64,000 nt of DNA from Candidatus Bathyarchaeota archaeon (GCA_963733055.1 CAVTBR010000001.1:1216001-1280000); one strand, 5' to 3'; positions 46,885 to 57,148 are shown, counted from the stretch's first letter. The notes: a model not told the origin generated them from the sequence alone. Translations and numbers: made by a program.

Positions 46885-47955
46885 CTATCGCCTGTTTCCT
46901 CCACAGTACGGGCACGTATCGGCTGTTGTTGGGATCAAGGTTCCACAGTATCTGCAATTCACCTTGGCGACATCTCTGATCACAACCTGTTCAGAAGGCC
47001 TTGAGCCTAGGTCAATCTTAGATTCCCATGGCGTCGAAGAGGGAGTAGGCGGAGGCGTGTATGGGGAGTGCTTGGGAAGAGAACCAGCCTTCCCTCTCCT
47101 TCGAATAAATGCGTAGACGGCCAATGCGACGATGAGCAGGATCGCTAGCACAATGTATGGGGATAATGCTGCGAGAGTTGCGCTGATATCGGTTGTAGCG
47201 ACAGTTGTGCTACCGTTGCCATTAGAAGGAGCACTTGCCAGTGCCAAGGCGTAGCTGGTTGAGGTTACGTAAAGATCATCAGTATACGTGAAGCTTGCAG
47301 CTTGTCCTTGATATTGGCCGTTGTCCTGCTCGAGGTAGTTGTAGCCTACGATATATCCGGTGAATGAATCGAAATACGCGTACCAGGTGTACGATGCCGT
47401 GAAGACGCCGTAAGCGTCGTTCCGCTGATGTTCACCTGTCCCGTAGGCTTGAATCGTCTGAACGTATTTGTTGCCTTCAGTGGGTAGTTGCAGGCTGTAG
47501 TTCTCCGACAATACCGTGAATTGGGTATTCAGAACGTAGAAGGTTCCGCCGACCGGAAGTGATGAGTTGATGGCAAACCAGACGTATGTCGGCTTTGAGT
47601 ATCCTGCCTGGTTGTCCGTTCCGTTCAGGTACGTGAAGCTACTCGATGACCACGTGTAGCTGCCGGATGATGAGCTCGAGGTAGAGTTCCCCTGGTTGTT
47701 GCTGAATTGGTAGGAGTAAGTGTAGGAGGCAGAGACGTTGCTTCCACTGGCAGAGTTCATCTGCTCCATTCCAGTTATCTGGTTTTGATCCGTGTACCCT
47801 GAGTACGAGCCTTGACCGTTGTTCACGGTGATCGTTTCAGAGTAGTTCAAGTAGTCACCCTTTCGTGGTGCATATGCTGAAACCGAATGCGCATTCGCTA
47901 CAATTGCGATTGCCAGCAGGAATGATAGCAGTATTACCCCAAAGACCCTAGTCAA
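46885..47955 (-). CDS. Single-pass membrane protein: extracellular Ser/Tyr-rich beta domain and cytoplasmic zinc ribbon
   Basis: Signal peptide, TM followed by RRR, C-terminal CRYCG...CPYCG. Confidence 0.78.
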   Translation of the reverse strand: MTRVFGVILLSFLLAIAIVANAHSVSAYAPRKGDYLNYSETITVNNGQGSYSGYTDQNQITGMEQMNSASGSNVSASYTYSYQFSNNQGNSTSSSSSGSYTWSSSSFTYLNGTDNQAGYSKPTYVWFAINSSLPVGGTFYVLNTQFTVLSENYSLQLPTEGNKYVQTIQAYGTGEHQRNDAYGVFTASYTWYAYFDSFTGYIVGYNYLEQDNGQYQGQAASFTYTDDLYVTSTSYALALASAPSNGNGSTTVATTDISATLAALSPYIVLAILLIVALAVYAFIRRRGKAGSLPKHSPYTPPPTPSSTPWESKIDLGSRPSEQVVIRDVAKVNCRYCGTLIPTTADTCPYCGGNRR

Positions 47956-48045
47956 TTGCTCCGGGCCCTCCCCAGTACAGTTCCTTCTTATTCATCAGAA
48001 CCATCGTACCCGATTTTCTCATTGCGCGTGGTTGCCAACAAGAGC

Positions 48046-49644
48046 TCATCCCGCGAATCCTCCAACCCCATGGCTATGAGCTGGATGAAACCCGCCCATT
48101 CCACTGAATGTTGAATGGTAGGATCCATGGGCTATGATTACCGGATAGTACCAGAGAAAGAAGCCCGGATATGGTGCGTACATGAACTGTACTGGAGTTT
48201 CGGCGAGCTTAGCCATGGGGTCGATCTCCTTTACAATCTCATTTCGGACTCCGTGGATCATTCTGACTGCTAAGGCAACCAATTCGGATCGCTCTAACCC
48301 TCTAGCGTATCCTGCGAGCAGAGTGACCGCTTTTTCCATTAAATCGAGGACCTCGTGGGACTCGAAGACTGGGATAGAAGCGAGAATTGCGGCCGCTACT
48401 AACGGATACGCTAGGTAGTTGTGCAACTGCTCTATGATATACTTCAACTTCTCGAATACTTCGTTTTGGTTTAGTTCTCCAATTGCTAGGAAGGCCGATG
48501 CAATCTCGGTATCCTCGGATTCCATGTATCCCCAACCGGTGAACATAGCCCTAAATGACTGGAATTTGGCGCTCAAGTCCGCATAAGAAAGATTCATCAA
48601 TGCTAGTATGGCTGCAGACTCATATGATTGAGATAGCTGATTGAACTGAACAAGTCTTTCGATCGGATAGCTTTCATCATATCTCTTACCTGCCATGATG
48701 GTCGCAGCTACGCCTGCTGATATTTCCTTAGGAACTCCCTGATCCCTTATTTGTTCGTCAAGGCTCCTTAGAGATGATTCGAGACTTTGAAGATCTTGAT
48801 TGGCCGCTGTCATGATCTCAGCTGCCATTAGTTTGTTGGGGGTTGTGGAATCAAAATTCTGAAGACCATTGAAGGCCTGAATGAATCTCTCACCTATTTG
48901 GTTAGTATCACCCTGGAGCTTAGCTAACCCTATTGCTGTGCTCCACAACAATGACGGAGCTTCAACAGTAGGATGTCCTGGATCGGCATTTTCGATTTCT
49001 GTGTGTTGTTGATCTTCTATGTTGGGTACCTTGGGTTTGAGTAGAATAACATAGGAAGTCGCCTTATCAGCAATAGTTCGCAGCTCAGCATAGGTTGCTT
49101 TGATTTCTTTTATGACGTCAGGGAACTCTTGATCGGCAACCCGATAGTTCCTTACGTCCAGGTCGTTCAGTATAAGATTTCCAAGTCCAGTCAGTGACAG
49201 GTACCCGTTGTCATATGGCGTCATCCGGTCGATCGTGGACTTCTTCTGGATAAGCTCGTTAACATTGGCCTCAATCGCAGTTAGTTCGGACTCTTCCTTC
49301 GAAACAACTGCCGTTTCATTCTGAATCCTTCGACTCAACTCGTTCTTCGTTTCCTTCCCTTCAAAGTGGAATAGGAACGAGTGCTCTTTCTGCTCGTCTT
49401 TTTGTAAGGTGGTAGCTGCTTGCTTCTCATCTGCCCTCTCGGCGTTCATTTGAACAGTCAGTTGAGATAGTCTGGCGACATCGTTAACCCCTTTGTCATA
49501 GTCCTCCTTGGTTGTCTCCAAAATGTAGCCGTTGAGGGATAGGTATTGGATGTCAGCCAAGGGAATAGGAGTAAGAGTAGCTGGTCGAAATTCTTCGTGA
49601 TGGTTTATCTGAGATAGGAATGCCCTTACTTCGGCACACTTCAT
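48046..49644 (-). CDS. Coiled-coil and helical-repeat protein (DUF4003-like) with Gly/His tail
   Basis: N-terminal coiled coil, YLSLTGLG, Ala-rich helical repeats, tail GGFHPAHSHGVGGFAG. Confidence 0.65.
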   Translation of the reverse strand: MKCAEVRAFLSQINHHEEFRPATLTPIPLADIQYLSLNGYILETTKEDYDKGVNDVARLSQLTVQMNAERADEKQAATTLQKDEQKEHSFLFHFEGKETKNELSRRIQNETAVVSKEESELTAIEANVNELIQKKSTIDRMTPYDNGYLSLTGLGNLILNDLDVRNYRVADQEFPDVIKEIKATYAELRTIADKATSYVILLKPKVPNIEDQQHTEIENADPGHPTVEAPSLLWSTAIGLAKLQGDTNQIGERFIQAFNGLQNFDSTTPNKLMAAEIMTAANQDLQSLESSLRSLDEQIRDQGVPKEISAGVAATIMAGKRYDESYPIERLVQFNQLSQSYESAAILALMNLSYADLSAKFQSFRAMFTGWGYMESEDTEIASAFLAIGELNQNEVFEKLKYIIEQLHNYLAYPLVAAAILASIPVFESHEVLDLMEKAVTLLAGYARGLERSELVALAVRMIHGVRNEIVKEIDPMAKLAETPVQFMYAPYPGFFLWYYPVIIAHGSYHSTFSGMGGFHPAHSHGVGGFAG

Positions 49645-49795
49645 GGTTAGCCTATCGGCACGTCTAAAGTGCTGTGGTTTTTAAGCGATTTGTAAGATCT
49701 CATTCCTGTTTCTAAAGAACCGTGAGTATGTTATCAAAACCCATGCATAACCATAATACTCAACACCTCAAAAGCGAAAGCTGAGGCTGGGCCGA

Positions 49796-50711
49796 ATGCC
49801 GACGGTCGTCTGCAAGCAGTGCGGAGCCAAAGTCAGCGACGAATACACCTTCTGCCAGTATTGCCAAACCCCGATTAACGGAAAACCAGCAAAACCAGAG
49901 ACCGGTACAGGGAAGGGAGTTTGTTCAAATTGTGGCGCAAAGGCACGTCAGGGTCAGAGATTTTGCACGAACTGCGGTCAAGCCATGACGATCGACGTCG
50001 AGGAAGTCTTGAACTCCACGTTCAAAATACTCCGCAAAGCACCTCTCATCGTCGTTCCAACGATCATAGACGTTACCTTTTCCACACTTGGTCTAGCGTG
50101 GATTGGTGGACCGTTCTTTGGGCAAAGCGTATCAGGGGAAAGCCTATCGGTTCTCTTAGCAACACTGTGGACTCCTCTGCCTAAACTCCTGGCATTATTC
50201 GTCGTTGGGATATTCCTCTTCCCAATCGTAACAGGGATGTATCCCTCCATGGTCGAAGATGCGTATGATCGAAGAAAGCTTAGATTAGCTCGCACTCTTC
50301 GCAAATCGGTTAGGAAATACCCCTCAGTATTTGCGTCGAACATACTTGTTGGTGCGTTGATTATGCTTGGGTTGTTACTATTCGTGGTTCCCGCGGTTCA
50401 TTGTGGGTGCTTGGTACTATTATGTTGTACCCGCGATCATTCTTGAAGATCGTGGGACGTTAAGCGGTATGTCGGCTAGCAAGAAGTTTGCGCGTAATAA
50501 GAAATGGGCGACGTTCATCATGTTTCTGATTGTCTCGGGAATATCCGTTCTCGGGTCTTATGTTCGCGGAGGGGGGGCGATCTCAAACACTACTGGTATG
50601 GCGCTCTTCATTGTGACCGAATTAGTCTTCGGAGTATTCGCTGGGGTATTGGGGGCGATCATGCCAACGTATACTTACCTATCTTACGCCATGCGACGGT
50701 CAATGAAATGA
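49796..50711 (+). CDS. Double zinc-ribbon multi-TM protein, one +1 frameshift near 50393
   Basis: Four CxxC motifs then TMs; removing one base joins FVVP to FIVGAWYYYVVPAIILE (305 codons). Confidence 0.75.
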
Positions 50712-50762
50712 GATATTGATCGAGAACGTAAACGACTCATCTGTGTGATTGGAAGCTTCTCG

Positions 50763-51257
50763 CTAACTCAGACTAAGTTTCATTTCCCACATGCGCCTGA
50801 ACCCTCGTCGGAGATATACTCGTCTACCCATAGGGCTTGCATGAAGCATAATCGCGGCATACCCATTCCTTTTCGCCCATTTGACCGCCTCGTCCACGAT
50901 CCCAGAAGCTAAACCACGTCCACGCCATTCAGGTTCCGTATACATGGAGAGAAGAAAGGGTTGAACCAAATGTTTTACACCCGGCCGCGAAACGGTCGGC
51001 CTCAACCACACAATTCCACCCGCCACTATACCGCTCCGTTTCGTTTCTGCGACCCATCCCACAACCCTACCAGTCTTCAACCTTGACCGCACCCAACGAC
51101 GATAGAGTCGACTTTCCTCGTCGAGTTTCGCCCTGCTCTTTTCACCCATATCAGCCCACATACCTCGGCGTTGATGCACGAGTACGTTGAGATCTCGGAG
51201 GGATGCACGCCGAAGTTTGACTCGGCCTTTTGGTGGTCTGTGGGTTTTTGGGTTCAC
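50763..51257 (-). CDS. GNAT-family acetyltransferase
   Basis: MYTEPEWRGRGLA, LHASPMGRRVY..RGF. Confidence 0.9.
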   Translation of the reverse strand: MNPKTHRPPKGRVKLRRASLRDLNVLVHQRRGMWADMGEKSRAKLDEESRLYRRWVRSRLKTGRVVGWVAETKRSGIVAGGIVWLRPTVSRPGVKHLVQPFLLSMYTEPEWRGRGLASGIVDEAVKWAKRNGYAAIMLHASPMGRRVYLRRGFRRMWEMKLSLS

Positions 51258-51423
51258 TTTGGGTTCGAACCTACGCTAAGGATGCAGATCAACTTCAGTT
51301 TTATGACGTTAGATGACTCGGCACCTTCGCTGATAGGCTCCATCCTGACGGTAGCCTCCGTAACCTGTAGCGCTGTAAAGATAACATTATATAATACCGG
51401 ATAGCTCAGTAACGTGAAGGCAG

Positions 51424-51558
51424 ATGGAAAGAAAAACGACCAGCATAAAGGTAAATCCCGAGGTGTGGAAAGAAACCAAGAAGCTGGCCATAGATCGTGG
51501 TCTAGAAGTATCGGAATTGGTCGAACAGGCGCTCAAGAAGGAGTTGCAGAGAAAATGA
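51424..51558 (+). CDS. Ribbon-helix-helix protein (absent from ORF track)
   Basis: Hand translation MERKTTSIKVNPEVWKETKKLAIDRGLEVSELVEQALKKELQRK; TTATATAA upstream at ~51387. Confidence 0.8.
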   Translation: MERKTTSIKVNPEVWKETKKLAIDRGLEVSELVEQALKKELQRK

Positions 51559-51656
51559 CTTTTCCAGAAGCCAAGAGGAGAGTTCGAAAGGCTATCGATT
51601 CATTTCATGAATCGTCACAGCACCACCACAAGTCGCACGATTAGGCGCTGAAAGTA

Positions 51657-51857
51657 TCATTCGACAGCTATCCGCCCCATGAAAGAGATTGCGCCTGCAA
51701 GACCTGCGGTGAGAACCGCGCCACTCAGATCAGTCTTGACAGCCCCTAGACCCAACGCGCTCAGGATTGCGCTGAGCGATATCAGGGAAGTCCAGACCGC
51801 GGCTATGGCCCCGTCAATTACGGCCACCCTGTAATTGGGATTCCTCCGTCTGGGCAA
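51657..51857 (-). CDS. Small two-TM protein, weakly holin-like
   Basis: 66 aa, basic N-terminus, two TMs. Confidence 0.5.
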   Translation of the reverse strand: MPRRRNPNYRVAVIDGAIAAVWTSLISLSAILSALGLGAVKTDLSGAVLTAGLAGAISFMGRIAVE

Positions 51858-51873
51858 CTTTGAATTGGCCTAC

Positions 51874-52116
51874 CTAGGATTCCCGTCGTCGACGCATCAA
51901 GCCGAGAACCAATAGCAGGGCGCCTATAGCAAATTCGAGAACCGCCGCATCGATCCCCGTTCCTTTGATCTTGAAGCCCTCTGGAGTTGCTTCTACGATC
52001 ATCGAAAACGGTTTCAGAATTATCTCCACAGATTGTGAGGGAAGGAAGATAGCCGCGATTATCAGAATAACTCCGATAACTATCAAAGCAACAGTAAGCG
52101 GGTCTTCATCAGCCAA
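51874..52116 (-). CDS. Small two-TM protein
   Basis: 80 aa, two TMs, C-terminal RRRR. Confidence 0.6.
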   Translation of the reverse strand: MADEDPLTVALIVIGVILIIAAIFLPSQSVEIILKPFSMIVEATPEGFKIKGTGIDAAVLEFAIGALLLVLGLMRRRRES

Positions 52117-52375
52117 TCCACATCAAATCCAGAAGCACCTATTCACGTATTTAGCTGCATATGTTACCGATTTTGCGCTCAGAGACGGTCTAATCTGACT
52201 TTGGCTTCTAGTTCGCTGTTTGTTATGTCGTAATTCCGTCATTTCATATGACTTTACTGTTTTGGTGTGCTTAGGATGGGTGCGGGAAGAGGGAATGGAT
52301 CAATGTGTGTATGACGTTACCGCTGCGGCTCTGTAACTTGACTGGGGCGTTTCCCGGGGTGAGAATGTCTGGCCG

Positions 52376-52891
52376 CTAAACTGCCGGAACTGGAACTGCG
52401 AGCGTCTCTTGCTTGACCACGCACGCTACTGGGAGTTTCGTGGTTCCGACTTTGAGTGCGCGTTTTGCGGTTTCGAGAGCATTGCTATTCACGTAAATGT
52501 CCAATATGGATTGGCCTGCCGTGATTCTGGCGGCTCGGCCGCTTGGTTTACCAAAGGACCGACGCATGCCCTCCTGCAGCCTGTCGGCGCCTGCGGTTGC
52601 GATCATGCGGTTCTCTCGCAAGATGCAGTGCGGGTAAACCTTCAGATGAATCTTGTACCCCGTCTCGCCCAATGCATCGAAGAGCACTTTGTTGGCGGCG
52701 ACACGTGCAGCTTCAAGCGCATTGTGTCTAATTTGGACCGGCGCTTGAGCGATAAGTGAGAATCTGTATTCGAATTTGGCTTTGAGATCGCCGCTCATGA
52801 ACCTTGAGATCTTTGAAGGGGGAGTTCCGTGAATGTACTTCAGCCTCGTGTACGGTTGGCCTTTTGTGACCCTGTAGTTTCTACCCTTCAT
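52376..52891 (-). CDS. rpl10e: 50S ribosomal protein L10e (uL16)
   Basis: QIRHNALEAARV, AGADRLQEGMRRSFGKP. Confidence 0.97.
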   Translation of the reverse strand: MKGRNYRVTKGQPYTRLKYIHGTPPSKISRFMSGDLKAKFEYRFSLIAQAPVQIRHNALEAARVAANKVLFDALGETGYKIHLKVYPHCILRENRMIATAGADRLQEGMRRSFGKPSGRAARITAGQSILDIYVNSNALETAKRALKVGTTKLPVACVVKQETLAVPVPAV

Positions 52892-52944
52892 GACCCTTAC
52901 CTTCTCTGAGAGTTTAGCGAGATTGCTTTGGCTGTTACTTAAGC

Positions 52945-53640
52945 TTACGTGAGCTTAGCCGATGCCTTTCTGAACACGCCGAGAAGAAGCGTCGCTTCCC
53001 TTCGAGTCATGAAAGAGCGAGAGACAATGTTACGAAAAGACCGCTGGGACAAAGGCTGCTTGTGCCTCTGCACATCGCTTCGACTTACCAAGCGACCAAA
53101 CTCTAGTAGCAATCTAGCTTTCATTGCCTTGGTCGCCAATATTGGTGCTCGTCTGGCGGTCCGTGTTCTGAAGAGTTCATAGAAAATGATTGACGCGGCT
53201 GAAGCGATGTTTAGAACATTGTACTTGCGGTTCGCGGGTATCGTCACGATAAAATCGCAAGCCCTTAGCTCTTTGTTACTCAGCCCAGAGCTTTCTCGGC
53301 CAAAGAGGATTCCAACATTACCCTTGAACGCCTCGACTCGTTGCGCGAGGTCGAAGGGTGTGACGGGGATTCGTGCAAGGTTTGAGCTGCTGGTTGCGGG
53401 TATGGCGCTTGTTCCGACCACGAGGTCTAAGCCTCTTAGTCCCTGTTTCAGCTTCTTGACTTTCTTTGCTCGGGTGAGCACGTCGTAGCCGTGCATCGCG
53501 AACGCTCTCGCTTCCACCGTCAGCGGCGTCTTCGAGTTCACTATGTACAAGTCGGAGAGATTGAAATTCTTCATCGACCGCGCCACAGCGCCAATATTCC
53601 CCGCACTCTCAGGCTCAACCAAAACGACTCTCACATTCAT
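52945..53640 (-). CDS. trmJ: TrmJ/LasT SPOUT tRNA methyltransferase
   Basis: NIGAVARSMKNF, FGRESSGL, YNVLNIA. Confidence 0.88.
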   Translation of the reverse strand: MNVRVVLVEPESAGNIGAVARSMKNFNLSDLYIVNSKTPLTVEARAFAMHGYDVLTRAKKVKKLKQGLRGLDLVVGTSAIPATSSSNLARIPVTPFDLAQRVEAFKGNVGILFGRESSGLSNKELRACDFIVTIPANRKYNVLNIASAASIIFYELFRTRTARRAPILATKAMKARLLLEFGRLVSRSDVQRHKQPLSQRSFRNIVSRSFMTRREATLLLGVFRKASAKLT

Positions 53641-53659
53641 CCAAACCAGATCCGAATCA

Positions 53660-54472
53660 TCATTTGACAGCCTCTGCGATTATGTTGGATAACGTAATGA
53701 ATTCGGTTGGGGTGAGTTCGTAGACCCTCTTCTCCGTGAACCCCACTTCAGAAAGAACCCTCTCCTTGATCGTAGGGGATTTGGCGGCTAGGTATCTGGA
53801 TAGGACGCCACGTAATTTCCGGCGGCGTTGAGTGAACAAATCCCGGACGAGGTACTCGAACGTTTTAGAGTCCAGTACTGGTATGGGGGGCGGGCTTGGC
53901 TTGATTGTTACTAAGGCGGAATCAACCCTAGGCTTCGGGTAGAAAGAAGATGCCGGGACTTGGGTTACGTATTCGGCTCGGGCCTTAGTTTGTAGCATAA
54001 CCGAGAGCCTCCCATACTCCCGCGAGCCATTCGGCGCGGTCAACCTCTTGACAAAATCCTCTTGCAACAGCAAGCTTGCCAATTCGAACCCACTGCCCAG
54101 GATGTGGAGCGTGAGCTTCGATGAGATATTGTAAGGCGGGCTCGAAACGACCTTGGCGCCGGACGGGATTTGAATCTCGAGCGCATCGCCCTGAATTACT
54201 TCGACATTCGGACTCTTCGCGAACTTTTCCGCCAGAAATGTCGCCAGAGTTCGATCTTTCTCGATGGCGACCAGATGACCGGCACGGGATGCTAGAATTG
54301 CGGTGAGGAAGCCGAGGCCTGAGCCCACCTCGACAACCGTATCCTTGTCCGATAACTCAGCTTTGTCAATGAGTATGTCGCGAATTTGTTTGTCTAGAAG
54401 AAAGTGTTGACCAAACCGTTTCAGCGGAGGTATGCCTAGCTCATCGAGTTCGCGACGGACCCAACCCAACAC
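53660..54472 (-). CDS. rsmA: 16S rRNA dimethyladenosine transferase
   Basis: GQHFL, EVGSGLG, PPYNISS, YGRLSV, FYPKPRVDS. Confidence 0.95.
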   Translation of the reverse strand: MLGWVRRELDELGIPPLKRFGQHFLLDKQIRDILIDKAELSDKDTVVEVGSGLGFLTAILASRAGHLVAIEKDRTLATFLAEKFAKSPNVEVIQGDALEIQIPSGAKVVSSPPYNISSKLTLHILGSGFELASLLLQEDFVKRLTAPNGSREYGRLSVMLQTKARAEYVTQVPASSFYPKPRVDSALVTIKPSPPPIPVLDSKTFEYLVRDLFTQRRRKLRGVLSRYLAAKSPTIKERVLSEVGFTEKRVYELTPTEFITLSNIIAEAVK

Positions 54473-54514
54473 CGAATCCCTGCATTCTCAGAGAGTTGAT
54501 TCAGATTTGAGGTA

Positions 54515-55615
54515 TTAGGCGGTTAGGAATTTTGAGATATCTGTTTGTCCGGTTGGCTTCGTCAATTCTGAGACCCTGACGCCCACTCTTCGGAGTACTG
54601 CGGTAGGCGTGGATTGCATGAATTCCTCAATCAACTGCTTTGACGCGGTGCCGATTATTGAGGCGTCGGAGGTTGAGGTTTCTAGGGTTCTGGATTTGCT
54701 GTGCATGCTCAGATCGGTGAGTATGGCTATGATTGCGACGGATTTGCAGCTCATCCCGTTTGCTTTCGTCTTCTCCGCCACGCTGTTCACTAACTCTGTC
54801 AGGAGAGGAAGGATTTCCTCTGGTTTTCGCGTGTTCTGTTTGAGCGTGGCGATGCGACTGAATTGAGTTGGCTGCTCCCGCTCCTTAACCGGTTCATCAT
54901 CTTCTCCCCGCGAGGCTTGGTACAGGTAGCTTCCGAGGCTTTTTCCGAATATTTCCACGAGAACGGTGGGAGAGAGCGCCGAGAGTTCAGCTACCGTCGA
55001 AACGTTCAGTTGAGTCAATCTTTCTTCGGCTTTCACTCCAACGCCTGGAATCCTACCTACCGGCAACGGAGAAAGAAAGTCTTTGACCTCTCCGGGATTC
55101 ACGACCGTGAGCCCGTCCGGTTTCGTTTGATCCGAAGCTATCTTCGCCACCACCTTGTTCGGTGCAACCCCAACCGAACATGTGATGTGTTCTTCAGTTA
55201 GCAATTCATTCTTTATTTCGCGAGCCATCTCGCGAGCTGAATCGTAATTTAGCTGCGTTCTGTCTGAGATATCTAGGAAAGCTTCGTCTATGCTCATCTT
55301 TTCGTGAGCGTCGCCGTGGGCTCGAAGAATATCCATAACTCTTCCGGAGACTTGTTCATAGTAGGGGCGGTTCATTGGAAGGAAAGCGGAGTCTACGGAT
55401 TCTAACAATTTCTTGGCGCGTACGATTGGGATGCCGGCTTTCACACCGTATTTTCTAGCCAGATAGTTGGAGGTGGCGACCGCGCCGCTTTCCTCTGTTC
55501 GTCCGGAGTATACGCATACGACGACGGGCTTTCCTCGAATCGCCGGGTTGGCGTTCTCTTCGCATTGGGCGTAGAAGTAGTCGAGGTCGACGTGCATGAC
55601 TACCCTAGGTTGCAA
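54515..55615 (-). CDS. dinB: Y-family DNA polymerase IV (Dpo4/Dbh)
   Basis: HVDLDYFYAQ, SNYLARKYGV, SIDEAFLD, KPDG, RRVGV. Confidence 0.95.
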   Translation of the reverse strand: MQPRVVMHVDLDYFYAQCEENANPAIRGKPVVVCVYSGRTEESGAVATSNYLARKYGVKAGIPIVRAKKLLESVDSAFLPMNRPYYEQVSGRVMDILRAHGDAHEKMSIDEAFLDISDRTQLNYDSAREMAREIKNELLTEEHITCSVGVAPNKVVAKIASDQTKPDGLTVVNPGEVKDFLSPLPVGRIPGVGVKAEERLTQLNVSTVAELSALSPTVLVEIFGKSLGSYLYQASRGEDDEPVKEREQPTQFSRIATLKQNTRKPEEILPLLTELVNSVAEKTKANGMSCKSVAIIAILTDLSMHSKSRTLETSTSDASIIGTASKQLIEEFMQSTPTAVLRRVGVRVSELTKPTGQTDISKFLTA

Positions 55616-55627
55616 GGGGGAGGATCT

Positions 55628-56278
55628 CTAAAGGGCTCGGGAGAAGATCCGGTACTTTTCTCCGCCGCCCAGCTCATCGAGTATTCGCTTCGCTATGACC
55701 TTGATCGGATCGCCCACGCTTGTGCGGTCTTTGAGGTCTTTGAAGCTGGCGAACGGTTTCTTTTCCCGAGCGTTGATTATCTGCCACATCGACTTCTTAC
55801 CAATCCCGGGCAACAGCTCTAGGGCGTGCATGCGCGGTGTGATAGCTTGGGAATTGTTGAAGAACGCCACGAACCGCTGCTCTTGGTTTGTGATTAGTTC
55901 TTCGAGTACCGAGAGTACTTCGGCTTTGGCGTTGGCTGTGAGGTCGTTGAACCCGATTCTTCCGATGATTCGATTAATCTTCTCACGCCGGTCCTTCCCA
56001 ATGTAAACGCGCTCGTGCAGGTTAACCTGCGTGCCAGCGCGAACTTCCGCTTCGAGCAGGGTGAAGTAGGTTTCACCCACAACCTGGACTGTGGGGAGTG
56101 CTAGGTGTCTCGGCTTGTCTGCGGCCGGCCTGCCATATTGTAAGTAGTCTAGGACGTAGGCGTACTCTTCGTACAGCCTGGGAGGAAGTCCGGCTTCAGA
56201 TGGGCCGCTTGACCTGTATCTTGAGGCGCTTGAACTCATGCCTCCGCCGTACTCTGAGCTTCTTGTACTCTCACTCAT
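55628..56278 (-). CDS. DUF655 family RNA-binding protein
   Basis: EEYAYVLDYL, GETYFTLLE, RMHALELLPGIGKK. Confidence 0.92.
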   Translation of the reverse strand: MSESTRSSEYGGGMSSSASRYRSSGPSEAGLPPRLYEEYAYVLDYLQYGRPAADKPRHLALPTVQVVGETYFTLLEAEVRAGTQVNLHERVYIGKDRREKINRIIGRIGFNDLTANAKAEVLSVLEELITNQEQRFVAFFNNSQAITPRMHALELLPGIGKKSMWQIINAREKKPFASFKDLKDRTSVGDPIKVIAKRILDELGGGEKYRIFSRAL

Positions 56279-56722
56279 CTTTCATGTCTCCAGAAGTAGA
56301 CGCGTTTTTTCGCGTTTTATGGGAGCCAGCAGAGGGTTGGCCTATGTGCCTTCTCAGTCGTGGTGATTCGCGAAGGGTGGCCTAGTGCGGGCAAGGTTTA
56401 GCATATCCACCTAAAATGGTGTTTTCGGGGGGAAAAAAGCTTCCTGTCCCACCCCCTAACAGGGGTCAGTTGCTTAATCTTCGCTGTATCTATTCACGAG
56501 TGTCATACACGGTATGACACCAAACTGCTCGTTAGCCCAATCTTCCCTGTCTCCAACCCGTTGCTGGATAAGGCGAAAGTTTTGTGCGATGCGGTATTTT
56601 GTTTCAAGATTGAAAAAAGCGTGACAAAATACTTGCATGATTCTTGAGAGACATCGTTACCCTCCAAATAATCGGAACCTGTAAATTCTAAGGATTTGTA
56701 GTGGGCGCGAGGATGCATTAAG

Positions 56723-57148
56723 ATGCCCGACCAGACCGAACCCACTTTCTTCGCCTACCACGTGCTTATGGATACCCTGATCTCAAGCCTGTACGAGCGT
56801 TTGGCGGGTGTAACATCGAAACGTGTTGCGGACCAATTCATGATGACTACAGCGACCAGAGTAGCGGAGAAGCTCGTTGGAGACTCGCCCGACCCCGTTG
56901 AGGCAATGCGTGCAATCCTCCTATCGAACGATTGTCAGGTTGATAAGACCAAAACTGATGACTCGACGGACTGGAATGTCATATGCCCGTTCGCCCAAAC
57001 CGTACATCCTAAGATACCCAGCGACACAATCTGCCCGCTCGCCCTACTATTCTTGGGCGCGGTTCAGCTAAAAGAAACGCAATCAGAGCTGGTCGTAAAC
57101 AGCCTTACCGCAGAAGGTAGCAAGTTCACGATCAAACACAAAACCTAG
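56723..57148 (+). CDS. V4R/methanogen output domain-like small protein
   Basis: CPFA..VH...ICP motif, C-terminal strand. Confidence 0.55.
   Translation: MPDQTEPTFFAYHVLMDTLISSLYERLAGVTSKRVADQFMMTTATRVAEKLVGDSPDPVEAMRAILLSNDCQVDKTKTDDSTDWNVICPFAQTVHPKIPSDTICPLALLFLGAVQLKETQSELVVNSLTAEGSKFTIKHKT

Noticed and set aside
51414-51644. 76-aa ORF from the track
   Set aside because: The overlapping frame 51424-51558 encodes a convincing RHH protein
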